From contig CAMLQA010000003.1 in the NCBI GenBank assembly GCA_946482065.1, positions 21,947 to 85,946 of the forward strand: a stretch of DNA of 64,000 nucleotides, given 5' to 3'. This DNA comes from an uncultured Dysgonomonas sp. (GTDB lineage: Bacteria > Bacteroidota > Bacteroidia > Bacteroidales > Dysgonomonadaceae). Positions 19,125 to 28,592 of the stretch are shown here, piece by piece (the first letter of the stretch is position 1; each line of letters opens with the position of its first letter). Under the pieces are notes generated by a model that saw only the letters and a program-made list of their open reading frames with translations, was not told the DNA's origin and made no database searches. Both the position numbers and the translations under genes were made by a program.

Positions 19125-19793
19125 TCAGATTATTTTATAATCCCAAGTAACATTCTTTTTCAAAATTTTTGCCGGATTACCTCCAACAACGGAATTTGAT
19201 GGAACATCTTTTGTTACTACTGAAGATGTTCCTATAATTGCATTTTCTCCAATCGTAACGTCTTTTAGTATTGTAGCATTTGAACCAATCCATACGCGGT
19301 CTTTTATTTCGATGTTGCTCGCCGGATTTATTCTTTTTTTAGTTTCAATATCTATTATGCTATGTGAATCGCTCGTTTTTATATCAATACCATAACTAAA
19401 TAAGCAATTGTTTCCAATTATGATACAGCTATTATTTTCTGCAACTGCACATTTACATTCTTCGATAGATACGAAGTTTCCAATTTTCAGAAGACAGTTA
19501 TTACCACTAATCCATAGGACTCCTCCTTTTATATCACTACATTCTCCAATCAACAGTTTATTATTATCACCAATAATGACAAGCTTTAGATTTGATAATT
19601 TAGAGCCATCACCGACTTGGATTACATTATTATTTCCATCTATGTGAAATTTAACATTATACGACGCTATGAGATTAATTATTTTATTATTTCTTCCTCG
19701 TATTTTTTTTTTCGTGTTTGCTCTCCACATAATTATCTTGTATATAAATGGATAAATAAGCTTATTTGTTCGGAGTTTTTCTTTCAATCCCAT
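19125..19793 (-). CDS. Hexapeptide-repeat (LbH) O-acetyltransferase, polysaccharide-modification type
   Basis: C-terminal hexapeptide repeats (VWIGSNATILKDVTIGENAIIGTSSVVTKDVPSNSVVGGNPAKIL). A10 tract at codons 26-29. Confidence 0.7.
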   Translation of the reverse strand: MGLKEKLRTNKLIYPFIYKIIMWRANTKKKIRGRNNKIINLIASYNVKFHIDGNNNVIQVGDGSKLSNLKLVIIGDNNKLLIGECSDIKGGVLWISGNNCLLKIGNFVSIEECKCAVAENNSCIIIGNNCLFSYGIDIKTSDSHSIIDIETKKRINPASNIEIKDRVWIGSNATILKDVTIGENAIIGTSSVVTKDVPSNSVVGGNPAKILKKNVTWDYKII

Positions 19794-19806
19794 AGCTTAT
19801 AATCTC

Positions 19807-20544
19807 TTATTTCCAAGTAATACGCGTGGCACTTAAGATGGTTTCACCATTTCTCATTTCCAAAATAAATTGGCAATCTTCTTCTTCCTGTTTTATAATT
19901 TTTATTTCAGAACCATATTTGCCTTCTGAAAGATAATTGATTTCAAATCGTTTAATTTCTTTTTCTTTAAACATATTAATATCAAAAACATCCACAATAT
20001 GTTCTATATACTTCATACTATTCAAGTGTTTATTTATATCGATATCACTATATCTTACAGTAAATTCGCCTGCTGTCTCAAAATTATCTTTTAACAAGGG
20101 TATTTTCGTCAACCCTTGAATCGGGCAATCTTCCTCAGTTGTTACAAAGTTAACCAAATCTTCAAGTTCTAACACATTTGTTGGTTTCCGATTTTCCATA
20201 TCTATTGCTGCCCAAAGAGATTTAGCATAACCGATTTTCTTTCCATTTTGATTTTCAAAAGCAAAAAAACGTTCGGTAAATAGGCGATTTACATTCGAAA
20301 CCCAAGTCTTTATAACCATTATAGTATCATTAGCGGGATATTCAAATAATTCGATAGCAATGCGAGAAAGCACCCATGCTCTTCGTTTTGAAGTCATAGC
20401 AGAATATCCGAAACCTCTTTCTTCGGCATGTTTTGTGGCTGCTTGCAGCATGAATCCTCCAATCATTGGTAGAGTAGCTTTACCCCTAAAATCTGACAGA
20501 TAAGCATCTATCATAAATTCGTACTTGCCAACTATTGATTCCAT
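19807..20544 (-). CDS. Acyl-[acyl-carrier-protein] thioesterase
   Basis: FatA/B-like double hot-dog pattern. ORF-track start 20592 overlaps ilvN by 44 nt; ATG at 20544 (MESIVGKYEF) is preferred. Confidence 0.8.
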   Translation of the reverse strand: MESIVGKYEFMIDAYLSDFRGKATLPMIGGFMLQAATKHAEERGFGYSAMTSKRRAWVLSRIAIELFEYPANDTIMVIKTWVSNVNRLFTERFFAFENQNGKKIGYAKSLWAAIDMENRKPTNVLELEDLVNFVTTEEDCPIQGLTKIPLLKDNFETAGEFTVRYSDIDINKHLNSMKYIEHIVDVFDINMFKEKEIKRFEINYLSEGKYGSEIKIIKQEEEDCQFILEMRNGETILSATRITWK

Positions 20545-20548
20545 TATA

Positions 20549-21112
20549 TTATTTTGTTTTTTGTTTTTTATCCAATTCTTGGAGCATATCACTTAATCGT
20601 TCAATTTTAGATTTTGTAATTGCGATTCGACCTGAACGTATGAATTGTAAAACTCCAATTGTTGCACTCAACTCCTTAAATAGTTCCTGAGTTTCTTTAT
20701 GATGCCCTGTTTTTTGAATGACAACGCTATTTTCGTTAATATCTAGTATGAACGCATTATGTTTGCGTATAAGTTCTTCGACTGAAGCCATTTTTAGAAA
20801 ATCGGACGTTGGCAATTTATATAGAGCTATTTCTTGGTGTATCAATTCGTCGTCAGTATTGTAATATGCTTTTAGTACATCTACACGTTTATCTATTTGA
20901 AGTACGATTTTTTTCATTGTATCCTCATCACTGAAAACCGTAATCGTAAACTTGTGAATGTTTTCAATAGCAGAAGGAGATACTGATAATGTTTCTATAT
21001 TTAATTGGCGATGAATAAAAACACTTGTTACCTGCCCCAAAATTCCTACGGTATTTTCAGAAAAAACGGTTACTGTATATAATGTTTTATTTTCCATATT
21101 ATTTTTGTTCAT
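20549..21112 (-). CDS. ilvN: Acetolactate synthase small (regulatory) subunit
   Basis: ACT domain YTVTVFSENTVGILGQVTSVF. An alternative start at 21097 would remove the overlap with ilvB. Confidence 0.88.
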   Translation of the reverse strand: MNKNNMENKTLYTVTVFSENTVGILGQVTSVFIHRQLNIETLSVSPSAIENIHKFTITVFSDEDTMKKIVLQIDKRVDVLKAYYNTDDELIHQEIALYKLPTSDFLKMASVEELIRKHNAFILDINENSVVIQKTGHHKETQELFKELSATIGVLQFIRSGRIAITKSKIERLSDMLQELDKKQKTK

Positions 21113-22793
21113 TACCTAATAATATATTTGTTATACAACATCCTGCCGGAATCATAGGATAGATCATCCCTTCATGTTCGATTTCAACGTCTAAAACATA
21201 AGATCCTTTATAATTCAACATTTCGTATATAGCGTCATCTAATTCTTCACGTTTGTATATTTTTCGACCTTTTATTCCGTATGCATCGGCAATTTTAATA
21301 AAATCGGGATTTATTAATTTAGTTTCAGAATAACGTTTATTGAAAAACATATCTTGCCATTGGCGTACATTTCCCAAAAAATGATTATTCAAAATAATAA
21401 TCTTAATGTCAATATCATACTGCATAATTGTACCAAATTCTTGGATGGTCATCTGTATTCCTCCATCACCGGTAAAAAGGCAAACTTCACGGTCAGGCGT
21501 ACCATATTTAGCGCCTATGGCTGCCGGCAAACCAAATCCCATAGTTCCCAATCCGCCCGATGTAACCAAACTCCGAGTCCGATTATATTTGCAATAACGA
21601 ACACCCATCATTTGATTTTGACCGACATCAGTAACCATCACGGCATCGTTTCCAGTGGCTTCAGATATTTTGTTGATTACTTCACCCATTTTAAGGCTAC
21701 CGGACTCCGGGTAGAGTTCCTTTTTTATCACAACGTCATACTCTGTTTTGTCATGTGGCTCGAATTCGGAAATCCATTCGGTATGTTTCTGTGGTCTAAT
21801 AAGTTTCGTGATTTCGCTTAGTGATTCTTTTGCATCTCCAACAACTTTTACATTTACTGTCACATTCTTATTAATTTCTGCCGAATCAATATCAAGATGT
21901 ATTATTTTAGCCTGCTTGGCATACGTTTTCAAATCTCCTGTAACACGGTCGTCAAATCGCATACCGATAGCAATCAAAACATCACATTCATTGGTCTTCA
22001 TATTAGGGCCAATATTACCATGCATACCCAAAAGCCCCATATTCAAATGATAATCGGAAGACATGGCAGAAAGCCCCAATACGGTAGATGCCGCGGGAAT
22101 ATCAGCTTTTTCCAAGAAAGCTTTTAATTCCTCTTCGGCGCCACTCAGAATAACGCCTTGCCCGACCAATGCAAATGGTTTCTTAGCATTATTAATTAAT
22201 TCAGCCGCTGCTTCTACATCCTTAGTCTTTATTTCCGGTTTAGGTTGATAACTACGGATAAAAGTTGTTCTTTCGTATTCAAATTTATCAATCTTCCCAA
22301 ATTGAGCATCTTTAGTTAAGTCCAATACTACGGGACCGGGTCGTCCAGTGGATGCAATATAAAATGCTCGGGATACAGCCCAAGCGATATCTTCTGCTCT
22401 TCGTATCTGATATGCCCATTTTGTAATAGGTTGTGTTATACCGAGAACATCAGCTTCTTGAAAGGCATCACTTCCTAGTAATGAAGATGCGACCTGTCCT
22501 GTAATTACAACAATCGGCGTGCTGTCTATCATTGCATCAGCGATCCCTGTTATGGTATTGGTAGCTCCCGGTCCTGATGTGACGAGCGCTACTCCAACTT
22601 TACCGGAAGTGCGCGCATAGCCTTCCGCTGCATGGCTTGCTCCTTGTTCGTGACGTACAAGAATATGGTTCAATTTGTCTTTATAATCATATAGGCTATC
22701 GAAAACAGGCATAATAGCTCCGCCCGGATATCCGAAAATAGTATCTACGCCTTCATTTATCAACGATAACATTAATGCTTCACTACCTGTCAT
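21099..22793 (-). CDS. ilvB: Acetolactate synthase large subunit (biosynthetic type)
   Basis: ThDP-enzyme motifs (GYPGGAIMPV, GLGTMGFGLPAAIGAK, GDGGIQMTIQE). Confidence 0.95.
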   Translation of the reverse strand: MTGSEALMLSLINEGVDTIFGYPGGAIMPVFDSLYDYKDKLNHILVRHEQGASHAAEGYARTSGKVGVALVTSGPGATNTITGIADAMIDSTPIVVITGQVASSLLGSDAFQEADVLGITQPITKWAYQIRRAEDIAWAVSRAFYIASTGRPGPVVLDLTKDAQFGKIDKFEYERTTFIRSYQPKPEIKTKDVEAAAELINNAKKPFALVGQGVILSGAEEELKAFLEKADIPAASTVLGLSAMSSDYHLNMGLLGMHGNIGPNMKTNECDVLIAIGMRFDDRVTGDLKTYAKQAKIIHLDIDSAEINKNVTVNVKVVGDAKESLSEITKLIRPQKHTEWISEFEPHDKTEYDVVIKKELYPESGSLKMGEVINKISEATGNDAVMVTDVGQNQMMGVRYCKYNRTRSLVTSGGLGTMGFGLPAAIGAKYGTPDREVCLFTGDGGIQMTIQEFGTIMQYDIDIKIIILNNHFLGNVRQWQDMFFNKRYSETKLINPDFIKIADAYGIKGRKIYKREELDDAIYEMLNYKGSYVLDVEIEHEGMIYPMIPAGCCITNILLGNEQK

Positions 22794-22796
22794 ATT

Positions 22797-23729
22797 CTAA
22801 TTGGATTTCTTAATATTATAATACTTGTGTTTTTTCAGCTTTAATTTATATAAAAACATTCTTTTATAGTATTTAAACTTTATAGAGAACGATTGATTAC
22901 TCCATGTTATAGATAAGTCTTTCCAGGGCGATATATTTTTATATTTAAAAAATTCTGATTTTAACGGATGAACGCATCCTTTTAGCCAAGGTTTTTGAGA
23001 AGTTGTGAAATGAATTATTATTGGATTCTCAATTGCTCGTCTTGCTTCGTCCCGATATTTTTCAGGTATGAAAGCTTTACGCCTAAAGAAATGATCAATA
23101 ACATTGTATTTTATAGGTAAATATTTTATTGTATCGAATAAAGTTCCATTTATAATATCTTGATCATGATGTTCTATTTTATCTATATTGTTCTTGTAAT
23201 AATTAATAAATTTATTTGTTACATTATTTTCCCTCCAATATTTTAAATTAATGAACAACACCCCTGAATTTATATAACCATATTCTTCTTTATACCCTAG
23301 TTTTTTATACAATTCGGAATCAAAGGCATATGAATCTATACATCCAAGTACCGAATAATTCTCAATATCTGTTTTCCATAAACTTAACAGGCTTCCATTG
23401 ATAATAATATCAGCGTCAAGATATATAACTTTATCAATATTAATTGGCAATATTTCCGCTAAAAATAATCTTGTATATGCTGATAAACTTATATACTCAG
23501 AGCCATAAAGTGAAAAGTCGTATTGTTCTAAGATATTCTCTTCATAAAATTTTATTTTAGCATTGTATTTTTTTGCTAACTCTAAAATTTTATTTTTATT
23601 ATTTTCACTTATATCCGTCCCTACAATATGGATTGTAATATCTTCATTGGTATTATTTTCTAATAATGAAATTATAGAAATACCACAATATGGAATATAT
23701 TTTTCATCAATACAAAAAGCAATATTCAT
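22797..23729 (-). CDS. Glycosyltransferase family 8 (LPS/LOS-type retaining glycosyltransferase)
   Basis: NIAFCIDEKYIPYCGISIISLL, YLDADII (DxD) and HFTTSQKPW motifs. ORF-track GTG start 23765 lies inside ilvD; ATG at 23729 is preferred. The stop lies 4 nt before the ilvB start. Confidence 0.75.
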   Translation of the reverse strand: MNIAFCIDEKYIPYCGISIISLLENNTNEDITIHIVGTDISENNKNKILELAKKYNAKIKFYEENILEQYDFSLYGSEYISLSAYTRLFLAEILPINIDKVIYLDADIIINGSLLSLWKTDIENYSVLGCIDSYAFDSELYKKLGYKEEYGYINSGVLFINLKYWRENNVTNKFINYYKNNIDKIEHHDQDIINGTLFDTIKYLPIKYNVIDHFFRRKAFIPEKYRDEARRAIENPIIIHFTTSQKPWLKGCVHPLKSEFFKYKNISPWKDLSITWSNQSFSIKFKYYKRMFLYKLKLKKHKYYNIKKSN

Positions 23730-23742
23730 ATTAATTATATTT

Positions 23743-25581
23743 CTACTTAATAATTCTAATACCACCTAAATCAGCTGAACTTACCATGCTTGCGTAAGCT
23801 TGTAAAGCTTTTGAAACATAACGTTCTCTATTTGGTTTGAAAGCGCGATCTTTTTTAGATAATTCCATTTGTCTTCTTTGTTCAAGTTCAGATTCAGATA
23901 ATTTCACATTAATAGAACGGTTAGGAATATCTATTTCAATAATATCGCCATCTTGCACTAATCCGATAGCACCTCCGGAAGCAGCTTCGGGAGAAATATG
24001 TCCGATTGATAATCCTGATGTTCCTCCGGAAAAGCGTCCATCAGTAATCAATGCGCATTCTTTGCCTAGATGTCTTGACTTAATATATGAAGTAGGGTAG
24101 AGCATCTCCTGCATTCCCGGACCTCCTTTAGGACCTTCGTAAATAATAACTACTACATCACCTGATACAACTTTACCTTTTAGTATAGCATCACAGGCAT
24201 CATCTTGTGAGTGAAATACTTTTGCAGGTCCCGTAAATTTGAAAATGCTTTCATCTACACCGGCTGTCTTCACTACACAGCCATTCAACGCTATATTTCC
24301 TTTTAATATTGCCAAACCTCCATCTTTGGTATATGCATGTTTAATATCTCGTATGCAACCTGCTGTTCGGTCAATATCCAACGTCGGATAATATGTGTCT
24401 TGAGAACCCATTTTCAAATTAAAACAGTTGGCAGAAGCTGATTTATATAATTTTTCTGCCTCTTCCGATGGATTTATTTTTGTTATATCATATTTTTTTA
24501 TTGCTTCGGCTAATGTTAAACCATCTGCTCGTTTTAGATTGGTTTCTATAAGATTAGCTTTAGCTAATTCACTCATTATTCCGATAATACCACCTGCGCG
24601 ATTTACATCTTGTATATGATATTTTTGTGTGTTTGGGGCAACTTTACATAAACAAGGTGTTTTACGGGATAGTTTATCTATGTCGTCCATTGAGAAATCA
24701 ACTTGAGCTTCTTGCGCAATGGCGAGTAAATGCAAGATTGTATTGGTAGATCCTCCCATTGCAATGTCTAAAGTCATAGCATTCAAGAAAGCCTGTTTGG
24801 TCGCAATGCTGCGAGGTAAAACGCTGTCATCGCCGTCTCTGTAATATTTATATGAATTGTCGACAATCATTTTCGCAGTTTTTTCGAACAATTTAGCGCG
24901 ATTAACATGCGTAGCAACGATTGTCCCGTTTCCGGGCAATGCAAGACCTATAGCTTCATTTAAGCAATTCATAGAGTTTGCAGTAAACATACCCGAACAT
25001 GAGCCACATGTCGGACAGGCAGAACGTTCGATGGCTTCGACTTCTTCATCTGAAACGGATTCATCTGCTGATTTTATCATCGCATCTATCAAATCCAAAT
25101 ATTGCCCGTCCAATTCTCCGGCTTCCATAGGACCTCCTGAAACAAATATAGCTGGTATATTCAACCGCATGGCAGCCATTAACATTCCGGGTGTAATTTT
25201 ATCACAATTGCTGATACATACCATCGCATCTGCTTTGTGAGCGTTCACCATATATTCTATACTGTCAGCAATTAAGTCACGAGAAGGCAATGAATATAAC
25301 ATACCGTCATGTCCCATAGCTATACCATCATCTATAGCGATGGTATTGAATTCGGCGGCAAAGCACCCGAGTTTTTCTATTTCTTGTTTTACTTTCTGAC
25401 CTATTTCGTGTAGATGTGTATGTCCAGGAACAAATTGAGTAAATGAATTGACAATAGCAATAATCGGTTCGCCTATTTGTTCTTCTTTCATTCCATTAGC
25501 TCTCCACAATGCGCGTGCGCCTGCCATTCTGCGTCCTTGTGTGCTTCCTGCACTTCTTAATGCTATTTTCATTTTCTCCAT
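23743..25581 (-). CDS. ilvD: Dihydroxy-acid dehydratase
   Basis: [22 protein letters not shown]-like ([19 protein letters not shown]) motifs. 612 aa. Confidence 0.95.
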   Translation of the reverse strand: MEKMKIALRSAGSTQGRRMAGARALWRANGMKEEQIGEPIIAIVNSFTQFVPGHTHLHEIGQKVKQEIEKLGCFAAEFNTIAIDDGIAMGHDGMLYSLPSRDLIADSIEYMVNAHKADAMVCISNCDKITPGMLMAAMRLNIPAIFVSGGPMEAGELDGQYLDLIDAMIKSADESVSDEEVEAIERSACPTCGSCSGMFTANSMNCLNEAIGLALPGNGTIVATHVNRAKLFEKTAKMIVDNSYKYYRDGDDSVLPRSIATKQAFLNAMTLDIAMGGSTNTILHLLAIAQEAQVDFSMDDIDKLSRKTPCLCKVAPNTQKYHIQDVNRAGGIIGIMSELAKANLIETNLKRADGLTLAEAIKKYDITKINPSEEAEKLYKSASANCFNLKMGSQDTYYPTLDIDRTAGCIRDIKHAYTKDGGLAILKGNIALNGCVVKTAGVDESIFKFTGPAKVFHSQDDACDAILKGKVVSGDVVVIIYEGPKGGPGMQEMLYPTSYIKSRHLGKECALITDGRFSGGTSGLSIGHISPEAASGGAIGLVQDGDIIEIDIPNRSINVKLSESELEQRRQMELSKKDRAFKPNRERYVSKALQAYASMVSSADLGGIRIIK

Positions 25582-25596
25582 GAGTATTTATTCTTA

Positions 25597-25630
25597 ATAA
25601 AAAAGCCTTTCCCATACTGAGAAAGGCTGT
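25597..25630 (-). terminator. Attenuator terminator immediately upstream of ilvD
   Basis: Minus strand reads AGCCTTTC-TCAGTATGG-GAAAGGCT followed by TTTTTATT. The U-run ends about 15-20 nt before the ilvD ATG. Confidence 0.7.
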
Positions 25631-25687
25631 ATATTTTAGTTGATTCGTTTTCCTAATATTATATTAGATATGACATACCTTTCTCCT

Positions 25688-25747
25688 TTATTCTATACAG
25701 AGGACGAGAATATCGAGAACGAGAGTATGTAGAATACAATTTGTCAT
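25688..25747 (-). CDS. ilv operon leader peptide, 19 aa (MTNCILHTLVLDILVLCIE)
   Basis: Hand translation of the minus strand. 10 of 19 residues are Ile/Leu/Val. Not in the ORF track (under 60 aa). Positioned between a -7 box and the terminator. Confidence 0.65.
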   Translation of the reverse strand: MTNCILHTLVLDILVLCIE

Positions 25748-25769
25748 AATTAAATTGATAATAATGTCA

Positions 25770-25777
25770 CAAAGTTA
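25770..25777 (-). promoter_or_regulatory. Candidate -7 box (TAACTTTG) for the ilv leader transcript
   Basis: TAnnTTTG match 22 nt upstream of the leader ATG. A TTTG lies about 18 nt further upstream as a possible -33 element. Confidence 0.45.
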
Positions 25778-26146
25778 TAAACTTTTGTTTAAAAACAAAT
25801 TTTATCCATATATTTTTTATTTTATACAAAATGCTTTCCTGCCTATTATAAAAAAATGAAATTTTCATAAAATAATAGATATGATTTCTTTCATTTTATA
25901 CTTCTTTGCGTTTTAATATTATATCAAAATAAGGGATATTTCAAAGCCAGATTCTTATTTCATACTCTTACAATTTGTACTGAAAATATTATTTTTTAAT
26001 TTCTTCATTTTTTATAAAATAGTATATACCAATCCATCAATTGAATTAATAGATTTTGCCGTCATTTATTTTTTTATATTTATTAGATCTAACCTACACG
26101 CTTTCTTTATTTACAATTAATATTATAATTTCATATAAATATAAAG

Positions 26147-26154
26147 TATATTTG
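26147..26154 (+). promoter_or_regulatory. Candidate -7 box (TATATTTG) upstream of the DPP-IV gene
   Basis: TAnnTTTG match 25 nt upstream of the ATG at 26179. Confidence 0.4.
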
Positions 26155-26178
26155 TTATCAAAATAATTTAGTAATTAG

Positions 26179-28335
26179 ATGAAAAAGATATTCGGGTTTT
26201 TAGCTGTTGGTTTTTTAACAGTAAATATTTATTCCCAAAGTTTGGAATTGAAAGATATAGTTGATGGAAATTATTATCCAAATGACATAAGTTCGGTCGT
26301 ATCTTCTCAAGATGGAAATTCTTATTATTTATCTGATGATAAGAATACAATGATTATTCAATATTCTTATAAAACAGGATTACCTATAGATACGGTATTT
26401 AATGTAAATACAGCTAGGGAGTGTCCTTTTGATTCCTTTCAAGGTTTTGTGATGAGTCCTGACGAAAAACGTTTGTTATTATATAAAGATTCTGAATCTA
26501 TCTATCGACATTCATTTAAAGCTAGTTATTATTATTATGATATTCGTCGCAATTTAGTGCAAAAATTAACTCAAAATGAAGGAAAGCAATCTGTACCGAC
26601 ATTCTCACGCGATGGACGTATGGTGGCTTATGTATTGAATAACAACATATGGCTCGCTAAATTTGATTTTGGCACTGAATCGCAAGTAACAAAAGATGGC
26701 GTTATAGGAAAAATTATAAATGGTGCTACCGATTGGGTATATGAAGAAGAATTTGGGAAGACCTTTTTAATGGATTTTTCGGCGGATAACCGTTTATTGG
26801 CTTTTGTCCGTTTTGATGAGACAGAGGTTCCTGAGTTTAATATGCAAATATTTAATGGAAGTTTGTATCCTACGCTTGAATCATTTAAATATCCTAAATC
26901 AGGAGAAATAAATTCTAAGGTGACTTGTCAGGTTTTTGACATAGACGCTATGACTACGCGTAAATTAAATATTCCTGAACTAAATACGGAATATATTCCT
27001 CGTATTCAATTTCTTCCTGAAGGTGATGAGTTAGCTGTAATGACTTTGAACCGTGACCAGAACATTTTGAGCATGTATTATGCAAATGCGCGATCAACAG
27101 TTGCAAGATTGATATTGAAAGAAGAAAATAAAAGATATATTGATTCAGAATTATTGAATACAATTAATTTTTTCGGCAATCAATTTGTTTATATAAGTGA
27201 AAAGAATGGATATAGCCACATTTATCTTTACGATAATACTGGTGTACAACAAAAACAATTGACATCTGGTAATTATGATGTGACTGATTTATTATCTATT
27301 GACGAAAAAGATGGATTAATATATTTTGAATCAGCCGAAGAAGGTGCTTTGTATCGTTCAGTATATAAAGTGGATATAAAAAAAGGACAAAAAACAAAGC
27401 TTTCAACTCAAAAAGGTACAAATACAGCTCAATTCAGTAATAACGGAAAATATTTTATAAATAAATATTCTAATACAACAACACCTACGCTTATTACTAT
27501 GCATGATGCATCAGGTAAACAGTTAAGAGTGTTAGAAGATAATAAGCAATTGAAAGTTGCTTTATCAAAAGTAACTATTCCCGCTAAAGAATTTATCACG
27601 GTAAAAGCTCAAGATGGAACTGACTTGAACGGATATTTAATAAAACCCGTAAATTTCAATCCATCTCAAAAATATCCTTTGGTAATGGTACAATATAGTG
27701 GTCCGAATTCTCAGTTAGTGAGAGACTATTATATGTTAGACTGGACTAATTATCTATCTTCTCAAGGCTTTGTCGTAGCATGTGTCGATGGTCGAGGAAC
27801 GGGCGCAAGGGGAGAAGAATTTCGTAAATGCACTTATTTAAATCTTGGGATAGTGGAATCGGACGATCAAATAGCTGCCGCTAAATATTTTGGAACATTG
27901 CAATATATAGATAAAGATCGAATTGCTATATGGGGTTGGAGTTATGGTGGTTACAATGTATTGATGTCTATGAGTCGTGGTAATGGTATTTTTAAATCGG
28001 GAGTCGCAATTGCTCCCGTAACAAATTGGAAATTCTATGATACTGTTTACTCAGAGCGTTTTATGCGTACTCCTCAACAGAATATGGATGGTTACAACAA
28101 TGGTTCTCCTATCACTTTAGTAAATCAATTTCAAGGTAATTTATTATTGATTCATGGTTCGGCTGATGATAATGTTCATTTCCAAAATACAATGGAGTAT
28201 GCAGATGCAATGATTAAGGCTGATAAACAATTTGATATGTTTGTTTTTCCAGATAGAAACCATTCTTTATTGGGTACTTCAAATCGCATTTATCTATATC
28301 AAAAAGTGATTAATCATCTTAAAAAAAGCATGTAA
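26179..28335 (+). CDS. Dipeptidyl-peptidase IV (S9B serine peptidase)
   Basis: Signal peptide and beta-propeller N-terminal half. Catalytic GWSYGGY, HGSADDNVH and a C-terminal His. Confidence 0.9.
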   Translation: MKKIFGFLAVGFLTVNIYSQSLELKDIVDGNYYPNDISSVVSSQDGNSYYLSDDKNTMIIQYSYKTGLPIDTVFNVNTARECPFDSFQGFVMSPDEKRLLLYKDSESIYRHSFKASYYYYDIRRNLVQKLTQNEGKQSVPTFSRDGRMVAYVLNNNIWLAKFDFGTESQVTKDGVIGKIINGATDWVYEEEFGKTFLMDFSADNRLLAFVRFDETEVPEFNMQIFNGSLYPTLESFKYPKSGEINSKVTCQVFDIDAMTTRKLNIPELNTEYIPRIQFLPEGDELAVMTLNRDQNILSMYYANARSTVARLILKEENKRYIDSELLNTINFFGNQFVYISEKNGYSHIYLYDNTGVQQKQLTSGNYDVTDLLSIDEKDGLIYFESAEEGALYRSVYKVDIKKGQKTKLSTQKGTNTAQFSNNGKYFINKYSNTTTPTLITMHDASGKQLRVLEDNKQLKVALSKVTIPAKEFITVKAQDGTDLNGYLIKPVNFNPSQKYPLVMVQYSGPNSQLVRDYYMLDWTNYLSSQGFVVACVDGRGTGARGEEFRKCTYLNLGIVESDDQIAAAKYFGTLQYIDKDRIAIWGWSYGGYNVLMSMSRGNGIFKSGVAIAPVTNWKFYDTVYSERFMRTPQQNMDGYNNGSPITLVNQFQGNLLLIHGSADDNVHFQNTMEYADAMIKADKQFDMFVFPDRNHSLLGTSNRIYLYQKVINHLKKSM

Positions 28336-28347
28336 AAAATAAAACAA

Positions 28348-28377
28348 AAAAGCTTCTTCGTAAAGAAGAAGCTTTAA
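28348..28377 (+). terminator. Intrinsic terminator after the DPP-IV gene
   Basis: AGCTTCTTC-GTAAA-GAAGAAGCT followed by TT. Confidence 0.6.
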
Positions 28378-28511
28378 GTTGCATGTATTTAAGGCGCGAC
28401 CTTATGACTAATATAAATAAATCAAATTTTCGGAACTTGAACTTTACATATAGATTCATTAATCATAATCAAAATTATAAGTTGTTCTTTGATCAATAAT
28501 AAATTTACATG

Positions 28512-28546
28512 AAAAATAGCATTGATAAATTTAAAATTATCAATGC
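28512..28546 (-). terminator. Intrinsic terminator after the outer-membrane beta-barrel gene
   Basis: Minus strand reads GCATTGATAA-N8-TTATCAATGC followed by TATTTTT. Confidence 0.6.
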
Positions 28547-28592
28547 CATCCTATCGAGATAACTTTTAAAAAATTATAATTGTTTTTTCAAA

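Noticed and set aside
19807-20592. Acyl-ACP thioesterase inside the ilv operon as a novelty.
   Set aside because: As far as I recall, ilvD-ilvB-ilvN-thioesterase-ilvC is the conserved Bacteroides arrangement. The thioesterase itself is therefore probably ancestral, unlike the GT8 and LbH genes.
25800-26146. About 350 bp AT-rich spacer between the ilv leader promoter and the DPP-IV promoter as a possible ncRNA or riboswitch.
   Set aside because: I found no stable stem-loops or conserved riboswitch cores. It is consistent with a divergent promoter region.
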